The notes beneath the pieces were generated by a model. That model was given only the letters and a program-made list of their open reading frames with translations. It did not search any database and had not been told where the DNA came from. 64,000 nucleotides of DNA, from assembly GCA_004022145.1 (NCBI GenBank), contig RCNU01000008.1; one strand, given 5' to 3'. The DNA is from Paecilomyces variotii. Its lineage: Eukaryota. Of this stretch, positions 1 to 10,715 are shown in pieces; within the stretch, counting starts at the first letter, position 1, and each line of letters begins with the position of its first letter. The translations under genes and the position numbers were made by a program.

Positions 1-33
1 TGCTACGAAGATGCCTGGACTGACAAAGTATAG

Positions 34-654
34 TTCTCTTGCTCAGTCTCACTTTCCCACAACTCTCCAATAGACGACTCATCTCCTAATGTGTGGAGGG
101 AAACCTATACAAACTCGGGCGAGCTTGAATATGTCGATGGTTCGGACTCGGCTGCGTTCAGTGTAGCAACTGACTCGTCAGGACATCCACGGGGCATCTC
201 AATGCTTTCTTTCAGCACTGATGGCGACCTTCTGGCCACTGTGGACCAGTCTCGGCCAAGTGTCGTCTGGATCTGGTCCCTAGGAAAAGCTGCGAGCTTG
301 AAGTGTGTACTTGTCCACGAAGACCCCGTTAGGCAGCTATCATGGCATCCGACGGAGGCAGAGCTTACCATCATTAGCAGTAACAGTACCATCCCCGCAG
401 TTCACCTTTGGACAGTTTGCTCTGATCCAGTCATTGTACGGGTACCTGTTGCACAGAATGAGTCCGGGAAGTATGAAGTGACCCGGGTCCATTCAAGCGC
501 CGGAGAAGGGTCTAAGCTATGGTTTACCACGCCTGATGATTGTGTCCTCGGCTCGGTGACGAGGGAGAACGGCCAAGCGCAGTTTAATGTACTGCATTCG
601 GTGAAGGAAGCAACCAGCACAGCATATGTTGACGTCCAGACTGTCAGCCATTAG
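34..654 (+). CDS. 3' exon of a WD40-repeat protein (WRAP73/WDR8-like); 5' part lies outside the window
   Basis: Branch site CTGAC and TAG acceptor at 31-33. Open frame FSCSVSLSH...; WD-type repeats (GISMLSFSTDGDLLAT...VWIWS, HEDPVRQLSWHP). Family assignment from recall only. Confidence 0.65.
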   Translation, partial: FSCSVSLSHNSPIDDSSPNVWRETYTNSGELEYVDGSDSAAFSVATDSSGHPRGISMLSFSTDGDLLATVDQSRPSVVWIWSLGKAASLKCVLVHEDPVRQLSWHPTEAELTIISSNSTIPAVHLWTVCSDPVIVRVPVAQNESGKYEVTRVHSSAGEGSKLWFTTPDDCVLGSVTRENGQAQFNVLHSVKEATSTAYVDVQTVSH

Positions 655-1277
655 AATCTATCTTCTACGAATGTTCTTGTTCTGTCTACTGCGAGGGCTG
701 GTCCTCTGGAACGGAATGGTTTCAACCTGGGTGGCGTTGAAGGCGCTTATTTGGCGATAGCGGATGCGAAGAGGCATCAACCATATTTCCTTTCCCGATC
801 ACGAACAATTGATTACGCAGTCATACAAGGTCTTCCATCCTAATAGATCGTGACTACTTTTCCAACTAGATTCGACAATTCATGCTCCAGTCAGCGCTAT
901 CTCCGTGAACAATCACTGAAGTGTACATATTCATGGTCCGCAAGGATATCTTAGGCAAGACTTCAATGCTCGAACATGACTGAACGATGTATCTATTATT
1001 GCCCAAAGACATAGTCTTGAGAAACTCCGTCAGCCATACTTCTTCACAGCTTAACTGATACTACTATCTCTACTGGTAAGAGGCTCGGAAGCAGCCAATC
1101 ACGGCTATCGCCCAGAAAGTGGCCGCTAACCGAGCTCGATCCATCGAGAGACGAGGGTTTAGGGCTCGGGAAGCCAGATTAGTCATCCCCCACTCGAATT
1201 TCGCACTTGGCTGCCAAACTTCTAGCCGTCGCTTGAACGTCGTTCTCTCTTCTCGAACAACCACCACAACCGACAAA

Positions 1278-1909
1278 ATGGTAAGTGCTAGCCATACTAT
1301 CCCGAGATGTTCAAGATGTTAATATCGTTATCAATATAGGCGCCAGCAGCATCCACCGGTGGCAAGAAGCAGAAGAAGAAGTGGTCCAAGGGCAAGGGTA
1401 CGCAACTCCCGTCATCCATATCCATATCCATCCATTATCATCAGTCGCGCATCGACTTCACCCAAAAAGACGACCGGTTTTCATCCGGGACAAAACTGCA
1501 CCGCTATCGCAAATGAAGGGACAATATATGGCTGACATTTTATTCTCTCTACAGTCAAGGACAAGGCCAACCACGCCGTTGTCCTCGACAAGACCACCTC
1601 CGAGAAGCTCTACAAGGACGTCCAGTCTTACCGTCTGATCACCGTCGCCACCCTGGTCGACCGTCTGAAGATCAACGGCAGCCTTGCCCGTAAGGCTCTC
1701 GCCGACCTCGAGGAGAAGGGCCAGATCAAGAAGGTCGTTGGCCACTCGAAGATGAACATCTACAGTACGTCATCACCTATCCTCGGAAATCCACGATTAT
1801 GGAGGCCATCGTCTCTATTCAGTGCTCCGTAGCGTGGAGATTAGCGAGATTGCTAAGTACATATATATGCTAACTTGTTTCTCTAGCTCGTGCGGTCACC
1901 GCTGAGTAA
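1278..1909 (+). CDS. rps25: 40S ribosomal protein S25 (4 exons)
   Basis: ATG 1278 followed by GTAAGT. Spliced product [33 protein letters not shown]...LITVATLVDRLKINGSLARKALADLEEKGQIK...RAVTAE*, the eS25 signature. Confidence 0.97.
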
Positions 1910-2328
1910 ACGGTTTTCTTCGGTGTTTAGCGGTTTTTCCTTGTTACGAACAATATCCTCCGACGTCCGAAAAAATTATTGGGTGGGCGATTGATGGATA
2001 CTAGGCTCGAAAGGCATAGTTCAGAGTGCTACGGATCACGAATACTGGACATGTCAAATAGGATGAGGCTCGAATTGATCACAGTCCGCTTCGCCTAGCA
2101 AGGCTTCAAAACCATTCGCTTCGCCCAATAGGGCTGAATTCAAAAGAATTGAAATATATACGAAAGAAGAACTATATCTTCTTTAAACTCGATCCTCAAC
2201 TGCCCGTAGATGCAAACTACACTTGGCTCTTTCTGATACACATGCACACAACTATTCAAAAAACGCCAGCCCATGTAGGATATGTACTTTTATAATGAAA
2301 GGGAGAGGGGAATCGGAGCTGTCCGATC

Positions 2329-3265
2329 TTACTGGTTCCTTTGTCTGCCCTTCGCCTGCTCCCCTCTCTTCGTCCTCGCCCGCTTTGCCGCTTCGCAAAG
2401 CTCCCTCTTCCCTTCTCCAGGTGCTTTAGGCGGTACATCGATGACTTTCCCTACTTCGAAGTACTTCTTGTGATTCCGGAAAAAGTTCTCCCAATGCTGC
2501 ACCTGTGCCTTGACCATCGCCTTCGCTTTCCTGACATCCTGCTCCCGCTGAAGCTTCCGCTCGCGACTGGACAGCTTCGCGTCCTCCTCGGGGTCGTCGA
2601 TCGGGATGTACATCTCCTCCACGCCCTCGAGATCCGGAGTCAGATCCTCCTTGAAACAGCCCGTAACGAAAGCCCGTGTGGCATCGCGACCGGCGAAGAA
2701 GTTGTAGCTGCCGCCGGGTCCATAGACGACAGGGTTGGCAGAGACGTCGAAGATCGTGCCATTGACGGCGACGTAGATAGGCAAGGAAGTATCAGTGCCA
2801 TTGTAGAGCGAGAGCTGCTCAGGGTTCAGGAGGACGGGTCCTCGCTAGAAAGTAGACGTTAGCATCAGGTGAACGAGGAGCACGTTATATGAGTGCTGAA
2901 TTCGAAGACGGTATTGCGCGACACCATGACTTCAAAGGGACATGATGGGCTCTCTGGGATATGAAATATGCAGAGCAATCGAAGAAAAGCACACATAAAA
3001 AAGAGACAAACTGCAAGCTTACCAAGTAGCTAAGAACCACCGGCCATCTCGTAAACCACGGCCGATAGCCCCATAAGAACGACTCGGACGACGTCACGAA
3101 GTACGACAGAGCGCACGATCCGACGACCAGCGTGACTATGACACGGATCACATCCAAAAGACTGATACCTCCTTCGCTGTCCTTATCTCCCCTCTTGGCT
3201 TTCGGCACGCTGGTCGATTCTGCTTTCGAATCGCGCGGGACGGGCCTTTGGCGCAGCTCCGACAT
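2329..3265 (-). CDS. Membrane-anchored cytochrome b5-like heme/steroid-binding (MAPR family) protein, 2 exons
   Basis: N-terminal TM segment. After intron ~3021-2847: YNGTDTSLPIYVAVNGTIFDVS...YGPGGSYNFFAGRDATRAFVTG, the MAPR motif. Confidence 0.9.
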
Positions 3266-3597
3266 GATCACAATTGGCGCGCTGGCCTTCTCGGAGCTTC
3301 TAATCGCGGGATTTTCGAAGCGTACTATGTCAGAAAGCGATTTCCATCAGAAGGTGGGCTGTAGTTATATATAGGTAGCTAGGTAATAATGATCAATTAT
3401 TATTCCAAGATGTTAGATGATCCATAAACAGCTAGCTCCTTCAATCTGACTGCTCATATGACTAATCAGTTTCTCATCTGCGACCACCAACCACCTTCAT
3501 TATTATTATTACTTCACTCACGAGTTAACTACTCCGTAGTCTCCGTAGTCAACTAAGTTACTCAACCTATCCTTGGCCAAGAGCGTACGGAGTAAAC

Positions 3598-3739
3598 ATG
3601 GAGAAGAAGGTCTTCGAAAAGTTCAATGGCACCCATGTCACGGAGGATATGCTCCAGCAAGCGTCCAAACTATTCTCTGAAAATTATGGCGTTTGGAATG
3701 AGCACGCTGAAAAGCTGATGGGCAAGTTTGCGAAAGCCG
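3598..3739 (+). pseudogene. Exon 1 of a GNAT-like acetyltransferase gene, separated from the rest of the gene by an inversion
   Basis: MEKKVFEKFNGTHVTEDMLQQASKLFSENYGVWNEHAEKLMGKFAKA-G|GT, phase-1 donor at 3740. It joins in frame to the minus-strand exon starting at 5167. Confidence 0.75.
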
Positions 3740-4499
3740 GTACAGAAAATCGAGAACATAGAGCGAAATATGTTCTATTATGCTTCGCGATGAAATGCTA
3801 CCAACGGCCAGTTCAGCGACGACGGGTTCATGGGAGAATACAAGGACAAGTGCAAGATCGTATAGACACTGTGTCTTAATTAAGTGTATTGGAAACTGGA
3901 GCTACGAAACAATGTATTGTATCTCCATACTTTCAAGAAACAATCCTAGGTTCCAATGCTCGGGGCTATATATACGTATACGCAGTCATAATAAACCGTC
4001 AAGGCTATAGTATCCAGGGTATTATCCTCCGTAGGAGCAATAATTATCTTCCAGTCCCAATTGGACTGACATCTTGTCATTACTCTGTAAGTCTGTCCCG
4101 ATATAAGTACAATTACTAGACTTTCTACGCTTTAGAGTCTACTATACCCCCCAGACACAGGAGAAATGGATATTTATTGACAGTTACTAATAGCTATCTA
4201 AAGCTAAGGAAGGGCAACGGAGAAATCTTTCGTCTTTGCAAGAAGCAAGACTATGACCTCCAGCCCTAGCTTCGGGCCCTAACATTGGCCATAGCTCATA
4301 AGTACACGACGTCATGACTAACTACCGACGCTGTGACACTTCATTGCAATATCTGGGAGGGAAGCTCGCTGAGCTTGAATTCTCTAGCAACTAGCTCAGT
4401 CTATTATTTATCTCTGAGGGTGGAGCTAGAAGGCATGGGAGAAACCCGACAGGAGGCCTGCATGTAGGCGGGCTCCAACAAAATATCTAGAGCAACTGC

Positions 4500-5167
4500 T
4501 CAGGCAGACCTGCTTTGAGCCGCTGATCGAGACTGAAATCGAGGGGGCCGCCTGCCCTCGAGAATAAGGAGGAACTCGTGGCCCTCTAATAGATCACCTA
4601 AAGGCCAATCCCTTGATTCTCGCACCCACGCCAAAGCCTCAAGTGGCTCTCTGTGGTCGACATAAAAGCCAGTATCAACACTGGACACAAGACTGCTGTC
4701 ATCTTCAGGGTTGAAGAGCCTACCCCGTAGTGTGGCATCTCGAACGTATTGTACAGGGGACGCTCTCGTTATCGATTCTGCATTTTCCTTCATGAAGTCA
4801 AGTGAGACCGTAGTGATGGAGCCTAAGAGGTTTAGTCTCAGTTACAAAAGAAAGAAGTGTGAGCTTATTTCCGAACGCTTTCGCTGCAGCTAAACAAGCA
4901 GCTGGGTGGGAGCTCATAATACCATAGATATCATTCCCATCCTGCCTGAACTATTCAAAAGACCAAGTGCTAGCCCACGATCACGGTAGTCACGGTGCAC
5001 TACTAACTGGGTGACCCAACAAACAGTCTTGCCATTATGATCCCATCTGCAAGCGAAGGCGTTGCCAGCAAGATAGCCATTGATGAAAACCCTAACATAG
5101 GAGCATGGGATGCCCTCAGGTATGTATTCGCTTCGAAGTCTTTCTTTGCTTAGCCGAACATGACTGC
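4500..5167 (-). pseudogene. Exons 2-3 of the GNAT-like acetyltransferase pseudogene (inverted)
   Basis: SHVRLSKERLRSEYIP...CWVTQLVVHRDYRDRGLALGLLN (GNAT motif A-like R-x-x-G-x-A). Frameshift ~4952, then QDGNDIYGIMSSHPAACLAAAKAFG. Donor reads AT instead of GT at 4868. Exon 3 is 4822-4500 (SITTVSLDFMKENAE...WPLGDLLEGHEFLLIL). Confidence 0.8.
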
Positions 5168-5567
5168 CTAGGACAAATTAATTAAGTTGCCTTGAGGTCG
5201 GCATCAGGAAAACGGACCTATAAGTAATGCAGTTCGTAGTGTCTATTGCCCATGAGACACGTAAAAGGAGAGCAAACTCTGCGTTCACACACAGCAACCA
5301 CCAGGGAGGGCATCAGAGAACAGTAAAATCTCGTGCCCCAACTCATATGCTGTAACGGAGGTTTGTTGTGCTAGTCTGGAGCGGACAACAAAATCATATC
5401 TGTAAGGTTCTCACTATCGTGCAGTATATCTCTACCTGGTGTTGGCGTAACCATAGAGACAACATCGTCGCTATCATCATCGGTAATATCAAAGGGCGGG
5501 TTCGTTAGGGTTGTAATATTCCCAGGATTGTCCAGCTTCCTCATGCCGGATCAAGCCGAACATTTTC

Positions 5568-5596
<29 letters not shown>
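5568..5596 (+). repeat. Poly(A) tract, 29 nt
   Basis: Read directly from the sequence. Confidence 0.95.
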
Positions 5597-5598
<2 letters not shown>

Positions 5599-6436
5599 GC
5601 TCGACACAGTTTTACCCCTGAGAAGATGAACGGCGATCTCTTCACACCCGTCGGCGTACACGTTGATCAGGGAACCAACCCCAGTGCTATCAAGTCCAAG
5701 CGTTAGCCGGCATATGCACAACATACACTCAAACTTACCTCTGGCCAGCAAGCTCCTCCTCCTGCGTGACATTGCGGCGTCTGGTGTCAAATATAAGGCG
5801 ATTTACCATGTATCCAGAGGCTTGCCTCCCATATTGGCAGTAATCAGCCCGGCCAATATCATCATATATGCGGGTAATCGATTGACGCTTGCATACTTAC
5901 TGTCAGTCCATCTGGTCAACTGATAGAGGAAGGCCATGCCTCCTATTAGAATCAATCCGCCAAGGAACGTGAGGTCCTACACATGGCCAATCTTCCATTG
6001 GTCCATCAAAAGGGAGAGGGGCACAACAAGCATCAGAAGCGGGGGAGCCCATGGTGTGTTCCGTCTGTGATTGCAGTATTGAGATTAGACCGGTCTCTAA
6101 GATAAGAGGATGGACTAGTCCTGATGTAAAACACATAACTGCTGAGCACGTCGACAAGGATCAACTCCGGAGTGGCCATATCCTGCTCTGATAGCTTTCG
6201 CTTTCTCGAAAAAACGCACCAGTTTTCAACGGGTGCCAGTGTGCCCTCGTAGACAGGGCATCTTCAAACACCCGCAGAGGAACTCGCTGAATGGGGACCC
6301 GAGAGTAGCGGATCATGTCCGGTATTACATTATATTCTCGGTGCGCTTTCTAGTAGCAATGACAGGAATTTGTATACGCCAAAAGACGGTAAAATCACTG
6401 CATACCAACGGTGTTCCAGCTTGTTTAGGTTCAAGG

Positions 6437-6650
6437 TGAGCTGGCGCGTTTTGAAAGAGTTTTCCAGGAAGTAGTCGTATACTTTCATAATCCGACGCTG
6501 TCTGAGGCGCCGGACTCGGCCAATGGCTTGCTGGACGAATCGGTCTGACGTGGGGATATCAAAGAGGTGGACGTTGCGACAGAGTGATTGGAGGTTTGAG
6601 CCAGCAGAATTGACATAGTATGAGCAGATCAAGACCATAAAGGAGTCACG
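6437..6650 (-). pseudogene. Fragment of an SF2 (SNF2-like) helicase C-terminal domain
   Basis: LICSYYVNSAGSNLQSLCRNVHLFDIPTSDRFVQQAIGRVRRLRQRRIMKVYDY resembles motifs V (GLNLQ) and VI (QAIGRxxRxGQ). No N-terminal ATPase part was seen. Confidence 0.7.
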
Positions 6651-6829
6651 CTCGGTATAGAACGATTTTTCTTGTTTCCGCTATATATTAACAACCAGCT
6701 GACATGGGCATCGGCATTGCTCTTCGAAGGAAGCCCATTCTGGCTCCCTTCTTCCTTGTCTCGAGGAAATATTGGAAAGGAAAAGCAAAAATGCCGAGTC
6801 ATGCGGAACCTTTCATCCTAGCTATATTT

Positions 6830-7386
6830 TGATACTGCAGGACCGTATCCTCGTCCGCAGTTGTCTCGGAGATCTGAACCTTGTAGGTTGACTTCATAGG
6901 CACGGACGTCTTTCCAGCATGCCCGTCGTAAAATCCCGATTTCTTCAGTATATCAGGGACGTATGCAGACTGGCTCATGGTAATCGTGTCGTCGTCAATG
7001 TTCCGTACAAGCTTGCAACCTAGGAAGCGACTAGGTTCCCCGAGGATCTTCGTGTTGAATCTTGAGCTGAGCTCGTTGATAAAACAGTCAATTCCTTCGT
7101 CAGTAGTAGCGGCGATTATCATATCGTCAACGTAGATGACGATATAGTCCTCCGCGCAGCGAATTAGGATACAAGGATCTTCGTCCAGAGGTTCGAATCC
7201 CATGTCCTTCAGCTCGTCTGTGAAGGTTTCGTTCCATAAGAAAGCTGACTGACGCAGTCCGTACAAAGCTTGCTTTAGCAGACAGACATATCCTTTTATC
7301 TTCTGGAATCCCGTCGGTTGTTACATATAAATTTTGCTGCCTTTCAGGACTGCATTCAGATACGCTGTGACGATATCACATTGCCT
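6830..7386 (-). mobile_element. Ty1/Copia reverse transcriptase (RVT_2) relic, C-terminal part
   Basis: RQCDIVTAYLNA...IYM*QPTGF...LLKQALYGLRQSAFLW...DPCI...IYVDDMII...ILGEPSRFLGC...TITMSQSAY. Contains the YVDD catalytic motif and an in-frame stop at 7323-7321. Confidence 0.95.
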
Positions 7387-7549
7387 CAAGCTTGACGCCG
7401 ACGGCTACATCACTGGCTACAGAGCCAGATGGGTAGTCTGCGGTAACTTCCAACAGACAGGTGACTACGAACGTCACTACAGTCCCGTCGTATCTGAAAC
7501 GGCAGTCAAGATGTTTATAACTCTGGTCGCCGTACGTCGTCTTCGATAT
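7387..7549 (+). mobile_element. Ty1/Copia reverse transcriptase relic, N-terminal part (inverted relative to the rest)
   Basis: KLDADGYITGYRARWVVCGNFQQTGDYERHYSPVVSETAVKMFITLVAVRRLRY corresponds to the RVT_2 'YKARLVARGF.Q..DY..T.APV' block. Confidence 0.9.
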
Positions 7550-10454
7550 AAAAAGCTCCCAGCTGACAAGATCGTACGGCTGTATCCAAGGTCTCATGTA
7601 CAGGCTAAGGTAACCTGGTCAGGATCCTGGAAGGCGGTAAAAGTTGTGGACGAGATATTCGATCTTGCTCGCCTTACTTACCCACCGCTGGGGAAGCTTC
7701 TTCAATCGCATGAGAGACAAGCTTACGAGCATTTCCAGCGAGAAGGAGCTTGTGAAAGTAAGGGAACCAGAGCCAGGTGCCGATCAAGTCCTCAGTGCCT
7801 TCCCATATGCCAAACAAGTCTGCCGTTGGGTAGCTTGTATACGAGCGTCCCGGAGATCGATTTGAACCAAAGGATTTCCTCGCATATTTGGGGTGCCGGA
7901 AGGACTTTTTCTCTATTATCAATATAGGTGCCGTTAGTCCCGGGCAACAAATAATAAAGCAAATAAGTATATATAATAAGGTATCTGAAATAGCATCCGC
8001 GGTTTCCTATATAGATAATCTGTTTATAGTATGCGGCTTTGGGGCTGCTGTCATAATGATCCTGGGCAGTTTGTAGTTAAGTCGCCTTGTTCTAAGCCGC
8101 TGGGATACACGTTCACCAACCTGGAAGTGTATATCTGTCGAGACATCGAGGTCGAGAACCGATGCGCGAAAGTTGTTCGCGATCTTGAGCGACTCCCATG
8201 TCCATAGGGCACAGAACCACACTCGCAGGAACTCCAACTTTGGGAAATCCTTCATTCTCGTGTACCTCATCCAGTTGGGCGAGAATCCATCAACAGAATC
8301 CATTTCGGCACGGATTGGCTTACCATGAGCAAGTGTAAGAGACCACGAAGCAATTTGTCCTGGTCCTCGTCGGATAACTGACGATGGTTGCTCAAGATCC
8401 TGCTGCGACGAAGGGAGCCAGTCGTCCTCCTCGTCAAAGGAGGCGAAAGGTATCCCCTCCGCCGTCGCTGTCGAGGGCAAAGCTTGCGTCTAGTCATGTT
8501 CAAGAAAATTCCACAAATTTTCAACTGAAGGTCACTCGTTTCCCTTTTCTTGAAGGTTCTGGTTCGTCGTTGCCAGCGTCTGCATTGCCCCAATAGACCA
8601 GATCTCTGTCTCCTATCGCCAGTGTTGAAATATCCGGGAATCATTTCAAGTCAATCGTATATATTGCCCTATTTTCAGCTTCCTATGATAGATCTCCATC
8701 GTTGTCCTATCGAGAGACGTAAAGGAGGTACTGTCTCAGGGAAATGCATATATAAATGCGTTAAACAAGTCGATTTCTCTAACGGTGGCATCCCAGACGG
8801 TCCAATATGTCCTCGTATCTGCAATATATAAAAGTCGCACCCGGTCCCGGTGGATCGTTGCCGTATTTTGTCTCTGGACAATCGGTCGGATATAGTGACC
8901 CAAAAACTCGCATTTTGGTTCTAACATCATTCAGGACCCTTAGCTTCAAGAATGACCAAGACCTCATGGACGGCAAAAGATGAGATCCCCATGCCAGACC
9001 GAAGGCAAAGAGAAGGATTGAAATTTTTTTGATCCCGTGCTGGACAGAAAAGACGAGCGAAGCCAGCCATCAGTTTCAACTCCTTGGTGTAGGAAGTAAA
9101 CTGTGCTGTAGCGATTTGGAGTCGTGCCTGGCCAGACTGGTATTGCGGGAAATATGTAATGATGCTATCTTTTATAATGAGTCCGTTCTTTTCGGTGAGT
9201 TGAATATCTCTCCCATTCCATCAGAATCCGGATGTGTCAAAGTTGCTTTTGCATTCATCTCCATCAAAGTTATCGAGAAACCAACCAATATTCTTCTGGA
9301 ACCGCTGGGACAACCAGTAAAGAACGGACAGGTTTTATTAAAGAGGTATGTTGTATTTCCCCCTTGGTTAAAATTGAAGCAGATTTTGGACGTTCTGCTC
9401 ACACCTCATCGGGGAAAGAAATGTAAAAAAAGAGAAACTCGACCACAACTGTTGCCAGAAGAAGCCTGCTCCACAGGGCCCTAGCAAGGGGCCGCTGCGC
9501 ATCCGGCGGCGAGGAAGGAGGATCACCACTGCTGAATTCTGAGGTGCAGTTATTCCGTTTGAAAGTCTAAGGAGCAAGACATCCAGGTAAAGGAAAAAAG
9601 CTGGCACACAGACAGAGAAATGGAGCACTGCTCTCAGCCTGGCCTGACACACATTCAGGAGCGAACCGGCAGGGGGAGCACCACAATGGTGAAGATTAAC
9701 CTAACTTTAGTTAGGATTGTCCAAAATGTATCCATTGTGAGAACAGAGTACTCTCGAGCTTCGAATTTGTCATTTCGAGGTTCACATGTAGCACCATCTC
9801 TCGGAGCATCAACGGAAACATGATCTTCCTTCTTGGAAAATAACTCCGGAAAGATACTAAAGAGTATCCCTTGACACGGAGGGAGTGTGCGTTGTTTCGA
9901 TTCTCTCCGGACCTTCTCGGCGTTCTCGACAGTAGAATTCACACAGTAAGGGAGCAGGGCAAGGAAATGCCCTTCCCAGCCTTTGCATGAACAACGTATC
10001 CGCTGCCGGCCCAACAATGGGGCTCAGACAGGGATAAACAGGGGAGATGTGCGGTACAAACGACAACGCAGCACCAACAAATTTCTTTCTGCGTGCTAAG
10101 GATTCCGCAAGGTTCCGTCAAGTGAAACATGCAACAAAAGCATGCAGAAGAGCAACGGAGCTCATGTTCTGTGTCAGACGCAATGTATATTTTGCTCAGC
10201 TGCACCTGACAAGAAAAGAAGGTAAGTAACATGCCACAAATTCAGGTCTGATAATATCTGACAGGCATCCGGACTTACTATAGATGATGGGAAAATTATG
10301 TCCTCCTCGATGGGCAGCGTTCTCAGCTTCATGTACCAATCGCTCATGGCACACGAGCAGGTCACTGCAGATATTCTTCCGAGGTGGTCCCTCGCTGATG
10401 ACAAGGATGTTCTGCCATGGGGGGGGGAGGGAACAGCGCTGACATATATATAGT

Positions 10455-10715
10455 CATCCATGGGCAAAGCCTGCGATGCCACAGGATCAATCTCAATGTC
10501 GCGATAGCCGGGGTGATGTTCGCGCAAATACCGCAGCCACCGCAGTACGCAGACGCGCCGGACGCGAAAATCCCGTACGAACTGCCAGTTCAGGCAGGGG
10601 TCGGCCGACGTGTTAGAAGGGCGAAGCAGGACAATATCCAGCTGCGAGGGAATAAGGGGCAACTTGTTATAGACTTTGCCCGTATTCCGCAGGAAGTTAA
10701 TCACATGGCCGCTGG
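10455..10715 (-). mobile_element. Helitron-type Rep/helicase-associated domain fragment (DUF6570-like)
   Basis: SGHVINFLRNTGKVYNKLPLIPSQLDIVLLRP...FVRDFRVRRVCVLRWLRYLREHHPGYRDIEID...LP, recognised from fungal Helitron/PIF1 proteins (recall, not a search). Confidence 0.7.

Noticed and set aside
1398-1553. H/ACA snoRNA in rps25 intron 2
   Set aside because: ANANNA and ACA matches exist, but the spacing is too short for the second hairpin.
7334-7927. 197-aa ORF as a real gene
   Set aside because: Chimeric: antisense Copia sequence, then the inverted Copia RT piece, then unrelated sequence.
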